Shown piece after piece: positions 58,087 through 64,000 of a stretch of DNA of 64,000 bases. The DNA lies in the NCBI GenBank assembly GCA_904063045.1, contig CAJFCJ010000020.1, forward strand, positions 1,744,034 to 1,808,033, in the 5' to 3' direction. Position 1 is the first letter of the stretch. Each line of letters opens with the position of its first letter. This stretch comes from Dimorphilus gyrociliatus (taxonomy: Eukaryota > Animalia > Annelida). Under the pieces are notes generated by a model. That model was not told the origin of the DNA, made no database searches, and saw only the letters and a program-made list of their open reading frames with translations. The translations under genes were made by a program, and so were the position numbers.

Positions 58087-61000
58087 ATGGTAAGCCTTTG
58101 TTGTGTATGACATTAAATTAAAATGTTGCTGGTATTAATAGCTATGTGATCACCAAATTTCGTGATTAATTTTAAATGATTTTAATGCGAAATTCATGGA
58201 TATAAAAATAGTGCTTCACGCGTGATCATTGAAATTTCTCAACAAGTATCCATGACTTGGTAATTAGGAATCTTCGCACTACCTCAAGTTTATTAAATAA
58301 ACCATAAGCTATATATGATGTTTGACATGTCTTATTGTGATCATTTTTACTATTTTCAATAAAAATTAATTATTCACTTAATGCGCAGGTTAACTTTACG
58401 ATTGACGAAATTCGGTCCATTATGGACAAAAAGAAGAACATCCGTAACATGTCGGTTATTGCCCATGTCGATCACGGAAAATCAACTTTGACCGATTCCC
58501 TTGTATCCAAAGCCGGAATTATCGCTGCCTCCAAGGCTGGTGAGGCGAGGTTCACTGACACCCGTAAAGACGAGCAAGAGCGTTGTATCACTATCAAGTC
58601 AACGTTAGTAAAATAAAAATAAAAAGTTAAGAGTGCCATAAGCTTATCATATTTTTTCTTAGCGCTATCTCCCTTTACTACGAATTACCCGAAAAAGATT
58701 TGAAACTTGTCCAACAACCAAGAGAAGAAGGAATGAACGCTTTTTTGATCAATCTTATCGATTCTCCCGGCCACGTTGACTTTTCATCTGAGGTTACTGC
58801 CGCTCTCCGTGTTACCGATGGAGCGCTTGTTGTTGTTGACTGCGTATCAGGTGGGTTTCAATGATTTTGAGAAAATTCTTTCTTATAATTTTTTTTACAG
58901 GTGTTTGTGTGCAAACTGAAACTGTTTTACGTCAAGCTATCGCTGAACGTATTAAGCCAGTTTTGTTCATGAACAAGATGGATTTGGCACTATTGACACT
59001 TCAATTGGAAGCTGAAGATATGTACCAAACTTTTCAGAGAATCGTTGAAAGCGTTAACTGCATCATTGCTACTTATGGAAGTGAAGACGGTCCCATGGGC
59101 AACGTACAAGTTGACCCATCCAACGGAACTGTTGGTTTTGGTTCTGGTCTACACGGTTGGGCTTTTACTTTGAAACAGTTTGCCGAAATGTACTCCGCTA
59201 AATTCAAGATCGAAGATGTTAAATTGATGAGGAGATTGTGGGGAGATCAATTCTACAATGGAGAAGACAAGAAATGGAACAAGTCAGGAGGAGATGGTTT
59301 CGAACGTGGATTCTGTAAATTTATCCTTAAGCCAATCTACACTATCTTCCACTCTTGTACGAAGAAAACCAAGAAAGAGGCTCTTGGCTTTATTGAAAAA
59401 ATGAATATAAAATTGACTGTCGAAGAGAAAGAACTAGAAGACAAGAAATTATTGAAAACTGTCATGAGAAAATGGCTTCCAGCTGGTGACGCTCTATTGC
59501 AGATGATAACCATCCATTTGCCATCACCAGTTACTGCACAAGCTTACCGTACAGAATTGTTGTACGAAGGTCCAATTGATGACGAAGTTGCCGTCGCTGT
59601 TAAGAAATGCGATGTGAATGGACCTTTGATGATGTACATCTCTAAGATGGTACCCACATCCGATAAGGGACGTTTCTATGCTTTTGGTCGTGTATTTTCT
59701 GGCTTGTGCAAAACTGGAGAAAAGGTCAGAATCATGGGCCCCAACTTCGTACCTGGCGGAAAAACTGACTTGTACAAAAAGAGCATTCAACGTACCATCC
59801 TTATGATGGGAAGATACGTCGAACCAATTGAAGATGTACCCTGCGGAAACATTTGTGGTTTAGTCGGAGTCGATCAATTTTTGGTTAAGACTGGTACCAT
59901 CTCAACTTTTGAGCAAGCCCACAACATGCGTGTCATGAAATTCAGCGTTTCTCCTGTTGTAAGAGTAGCCGTAGAGCCAAAAAATCCAGGAGATTTACCA
60001 AAATTAGTAGAAGGATTAAAACGTTTGGCTAAATCTGATCCTATGGTTCAATGTTCAATTGAAGAATCCGGAGAACACATTGTTGCCGGAGCTGGTGAAC
60101 TTCACTTGGAAATCTGCTTGAAAGATTTGGAAGAAGATCACGCTTGTATCCCGCTAAAAAAATCTGAACCAGTCGTTTCATACAGAGAAACAGTAATTAA
60201 AGAGTCAGATCGCACCTGTTTGTCAAAATCTCCCAACAAGCACAATAGATTGTTCATGAGAGCAGCTCCCTTGCCCGATGGACTTCCCGAAGAAATTGAT
60301 GAAGGAGATATCAACCACAAACAAGAAGCCAAAGAACGTGCCAGAATTTTGGCCGACAAGTATGGCTTTGATGTCACTGAAGCAAGAAAAATTTGGACTT
60401 TTGGACCTGATGGAAGTGGACCCAACATGGTTGTTGACTGTACTAAGGGAGTTCAATACTTGAACGAAATCAAGGACAGCGTCGTCGCTGGTTTCCAATG
60501 GGCAACGAAAGAAGGTGTTTTATGTGAAGAAAATATGAGAGGAATCCGATTTAACATTCACGATGTCACTTTACACGCTGATGCTATACACAGAGGTGGT
60601 GGTCAAATCATCCCAACAGCTCGTAGATGTTTATACGCTTGTGAATTGACCGCTGATCCACGTTTGATGGAACCTGTTTATCTTGTTGAAATTCAGGCAC
60701 CAGAAGGAGCTTTGGGCGGTATTTACCCAACAGTGACAAAGAAGCGCGGTCATGTATTCGAAGAAACTCGTGTCGCTGGAACACCTATGTTTATAGTTAA
60801 GGCTCATTTACCTGTTAATGAATCATTCGGTAAGCATACTATTCTTAACATTTAACATTAAATCTTGACACTCACGCTGCCTGGATACCAATACTGAATT
60901 GGGACCGGAAAGCGACAAACAGTAGTTATGCGAAACTTTCATAAGGTTGATTCGTTACTGTGGTGTCATAGATAATCAGCGACTCTACGTGAGAGCGCAT

Positions 61001-61283
61001 GCTTGTATATGCCATAGCCTGTGCAGCTGCTAGTCAGCACTGACCACACGTGATAAACCATGCAAGCTATAATTTATTCGTTATTTCAGGTTTTACGGCT
61101 CAGCTTCGTTCTCAAACTGGTGGACAAGCTTTCCCACAATGTGTATTTGATCATTGGCAAGTAATGGGAGGCGATCCTCTTGATGGAAAATCTAAGCCAT
61201 TCGACATTGTTATGAGTACCAGAAAGAGGAAGGGTCTGAAGGAGAGCCTGCCTAATTTGGAGGACTACTTTGATAAATTATAA
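58087..61283 (+). CDS. EEF2: Eukaryotic translation elongation factor 2
   Basis: Exons 58087-58089 (ATG only), 58389-58603, 58663-58850, 58901-60829 and 61090-61283. Motifs: [24 protein letters not shown] (eEF2K Thr site), [14 protein letters not shown] and the diphthamide site [14 protein letters not shown] (His codon 60589-60591). Confidence 0.98.
60866..61074 (+). ncRNA. U17/snR30 (SNORA73-type) H/ACA snoRNA in the last eEF2 intron
   Basis: The 5' domain is closed by TGACAC(60866-71)/GTGTCA(60963-68). Then come H box AGATAA (60970-75), a small hairpin (60979-98), a 3' stem GCTTGT(61001-06)/GCAAGC(61062-67) flanking m1-like ATATGCCAT (61007-15) and exact m2 AAACCAT (61055-61), and an ACA-position triplet ATA (61069-71) 7 nt after m2. 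Length is ~209 nt. Confidence 0.85.
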
Positions 61284-61593
61284 ATCGCCGGAGCCGAGAA
61301 GATATTAATATATTAACTCTTAATATATATGATAGGAATTATTCTTTTCTTTTCATGTTCGGCTGCTAGGTTGATGTAAAATACATTGATTGACCGCAAA
61401 ATTGTCTTATTTTTAGTTTAATATTAATTTATTAAATGATAACTCCGATTAGTACTTTGGCTAATGAACATTGATTCGTTTGTCTTTTGCAAGCACACTT
61501 CATCTAGAGTTCGAAAAACTAAAAACGATTTGATGAGAAATTGCACTAAAAAACGTTTGGCATTAGAAGGCAAGATGGCAGCACTTTTAGTCG

Positions 61594-64000
61594 TCACTGA
61601 GAAATGTCGACGTCAAAATGCAATTCGGGTGTATTAGCGGTTTCGATATCGATTTCGCCTTCCTGTTGCTGCTCCTCTTCATCTTCGTTTTCTTCTGCAG
61701 ACTGTGAGCCCTTTCTAAGTTTCCTAAACACTACAACCGCGACAACAACTAGTGCCAAAGTAACTACTGCAGTCCAAGCAACAAGTACAACTAGTGACAC
61801 CTGCAGGGTACCAAGGTTACCAGAACTTGCGAGTATTGGAGAGGATTTTAAAGGAGAAGTTTGAGGCTTTGGAACTAAACCATTCCCGGTAACAGAAACC
61901 TCTAAACTTATACAAGTGTACGATCCATAGGAATTTATACAAATGTCTGAACTTTTCTTACACGGTTTGTTTGCACATTCATCGATATCTGTTCACAAGT
62001 TGTTATTTATAATTTAATAGTTGAAATAGCTTACTTGATTATGTATTTACGCACCTCGACAGCCAAAAGTTGAATTATCAACTACAAAACCTGTGTCACA
62101 TTCACAGTGAGGATTATCCCCATCTACGCAACGATGGGCGCAACCTCCATTTCGGAAACTGCATGTTATATTGGTCGAATTCATACCAGAAACACCACCT
62201 CTTGAACCATCAAACACTGATAAAAATCAAAATTAGAGTTATTACAATTAAACGAAAATATATGGTAGCTAACTAACATGATCGGCAAGATCTTGAATTC
62301 TTTTCAAGCGTGTAGCCACTATAGCAGTTGCAACTATACCCAATTTGTTCATCTATACAATCCTGTTCACATCCACCATTCAAATAATCACATTCATTGA
62401 TATCTGAAATCATAAGTAATTTCAATCAATATAAATATCTAATATTTTTGAAAAGGTAGATAGTTAAATTCAAATGCAAGAAGTATACGACTTTGCTTAC
62501 CGTAACAAGTCTGATTTGCTCTTAATCTATGCCTATAGGGGCTAAAATCGTATTGACAAACGCAAACTGCCTCGTATTTCAATCTATTCACTTGGCTTCC
62601 TGGAGCATTTTTATCATAAACTGTCATAATCTCGCAAATTCCGCCTTTTTCCTGACAACCCATATCATTACACAGTTGACCATCTCGGAAAACTACAAGT
62701 TAAGAATATATATTAATTTCATTAAAGCTATAGCTAATATATCGCACTTACTCTCGTCATTGGATATTGCATCTCTTCCGGGTGGACCTGTTTGACCGGT
62801 TGAACCCTGCACACCAGGAGGTCCCGTTTCACCCGTTGCTCCAGATTTACCTGGCGCTCCTGTGTCTCCAGTGAAACCTGTTTGTCCTGTTGGACCAACT
62901 GGACCTCGACTGCCAGTTGGTCCTGGTAATCCTGTCCATCCTGTAGCACCTGTTTGACCTGAAGGGCCAGGTGCTCCAGCTCGACCGCTAGCTCCTGTCG
63001 ATCCTGTTGGACCTGATGGACCAAGGGGTCCAAGCGGACCAGTTGCTCCAGGTGAACCAGTAAAGCCAATTTCTCCTTGAGGACCGGTAAATCCAGGGAG
63101 ACCAGTGAATCCAGTCGGACCTGATGGGCCCCTAATACCAGTTGCACCCTGTTCGCCGGAGTTGCCAGTGTCTCCTCGATTTCCTTTCTGACCGGTATTC
63201 CCGGTAAATCCTGTAGGACCACTGGGACCACGTTGCCCCGTGAATCCCATGAGGCCAGTGGCACCAGGTAAGCCAGTATATCCTGTAAATCCTGTTGGAC
63301 CGCTGGGTCCACGATCACCCCTATCTCCTTTTATTCCACTTAATCCAGTATCTCCTTGGAATCCTCTAGGACCAATTTCTCCTTTCACTCCTTCTGGACC
63401 TTGATCTCCCCGAGCTCCTGCAACTCCAGTATCACCTGGTCTTCCTGTAAATCCAATTTCCCCTTTTTGTCCATCTGATCCAGCAGGTCCAGGTTCGCCT
63501 GTAGCTCCTGGTAAACCAGTTGATCCAGTAAATCCTGTCGGTCCTGATGGTCCTACTCTTCCAGTAAAACCTTGCTCTCCACGTGGTCCTAAAATATAGT
63601 TATAAATTTTTTATATATGTACAGTATGAGTTTACATCAGATCGTATAAAATTCTTACCAGTGAAACCAATATCTCCAGTAAAGCCTATTTGCCCCGTAA
63701 AGCCTCTTTCACCAGTAAATCCTTGATCTCCTTTTTGACCTGTATTTCCTGTAAAACCGGTGGGTCCAGAAGGTCCCCTGACGCCCGTGAAACCTCTTTC
63801 TCCAGTGAAACCTCTCTCACCAGTGAATCCTTGTTCTCCTTTATTACCCTTTGCACCAGTGTTTCCAGTAAAGCCAGTAGGGCCGCTAGGTCCTCTTTGT
63901 CCAGTGAAGCCTCTTTCACCAGTAAATCCTTGGTCTCCTTTTTGGCCAGTGTTTCCAGTGTAACCAGTGGGGCCACTAGGTCCTCTTTCTCCTTTCTCCC
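61594..64000 (-). CDS. 3' part of a collagen triple-helix + EGF + transmembrane protein (5' end beyond window)
   Basis: Exons >64000-63659 and 63588-62752 encode uninterrupted Gly-X-Y. Exons 62692-62501, 62403-62278 and 62216-62055 encode EGF-like modules. Exon 61988-61594 encodes a truncated cbEGF, a stalk, the TM segment LVVLVAWTAVVTLALVVVAVVVF-RKLRK and an acidic tail to TGA. All junctions are phase 1. Confidence 0.88.

Noticed and set aside
58278-58286. ACTACCTCA, a perfect complement of let-7 nt 1-9
   Set aside because: It is intronic, so not a miRNA target context, and a single 9-mer can occur by chance.
58090-58388. Possible C/D snoRNA (vertebrate EEF2 hosts SNORD37) in the first eEF2 intron
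   Set aside because: I found no canonical RTGATGA...CTGA pair with a terminal stem.
63659-64000. Regularly spaced repeats that might suggest a CRISPR array or satellite
   Set aside because: They are Gly-X-Y codon periodicity of the collagen, with no constant repeat plus unique spacer structure and no cas genes.

Overview
AT-rich eukaryotic (animal) genomic DNA with very compact gene packing and many ~55-65 nt GT-AG introns. The gene content and style fit a lophotrochozoan with a miniaturised genome, for example an annelid such as Dimorphilus; this is inference and cannot be proven here. Genes reconstructed by hand, left to right: myosin regulatory light chain (+), TMTC4 (+), mitochondrial alanyl-tRNA synthetase (-), a myristoyl-motif/SOCS-box protein (+), SEC14L1 (+), a SAP + nucleolin-type RRM protein (-), a ZCCHC8-like PSP protein with a degenerate zinc knuckle (+), a catalytically intact PIWI (-), an OATP/SLCO transporter (-), a 13.4-kb uninflatable/SVEP1-like receptor (-), a small secreted F5/8C-like protein (-), an orphan ORF (-), X11/Mint/APBA (-), eEF2 (+) and the 3' part of a collagen-EGF-transmembrane gene (-). 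The most notable unannotated signals are: (1) a complete U17/snR30-type H/ACA snoRNA in the last eEF2 intron; (2) a type I membrane collagen with Thr-dominated Y positions; (3) PAN and WxxW domains inserted inside EGF repeats of the uif-like protein; (4) microexons and nested alternative first exons in APBA; (5) a tight SAP-RRM / ZCCHC8 / PIWI RNA-surveillance neighbourhood. I recognised no CRISPR arrays, tRNA/rRNA genes or transposons. Exon coordinates are manual reconstructions from splice signals and reading-frame continuity, with no transcript evidence.
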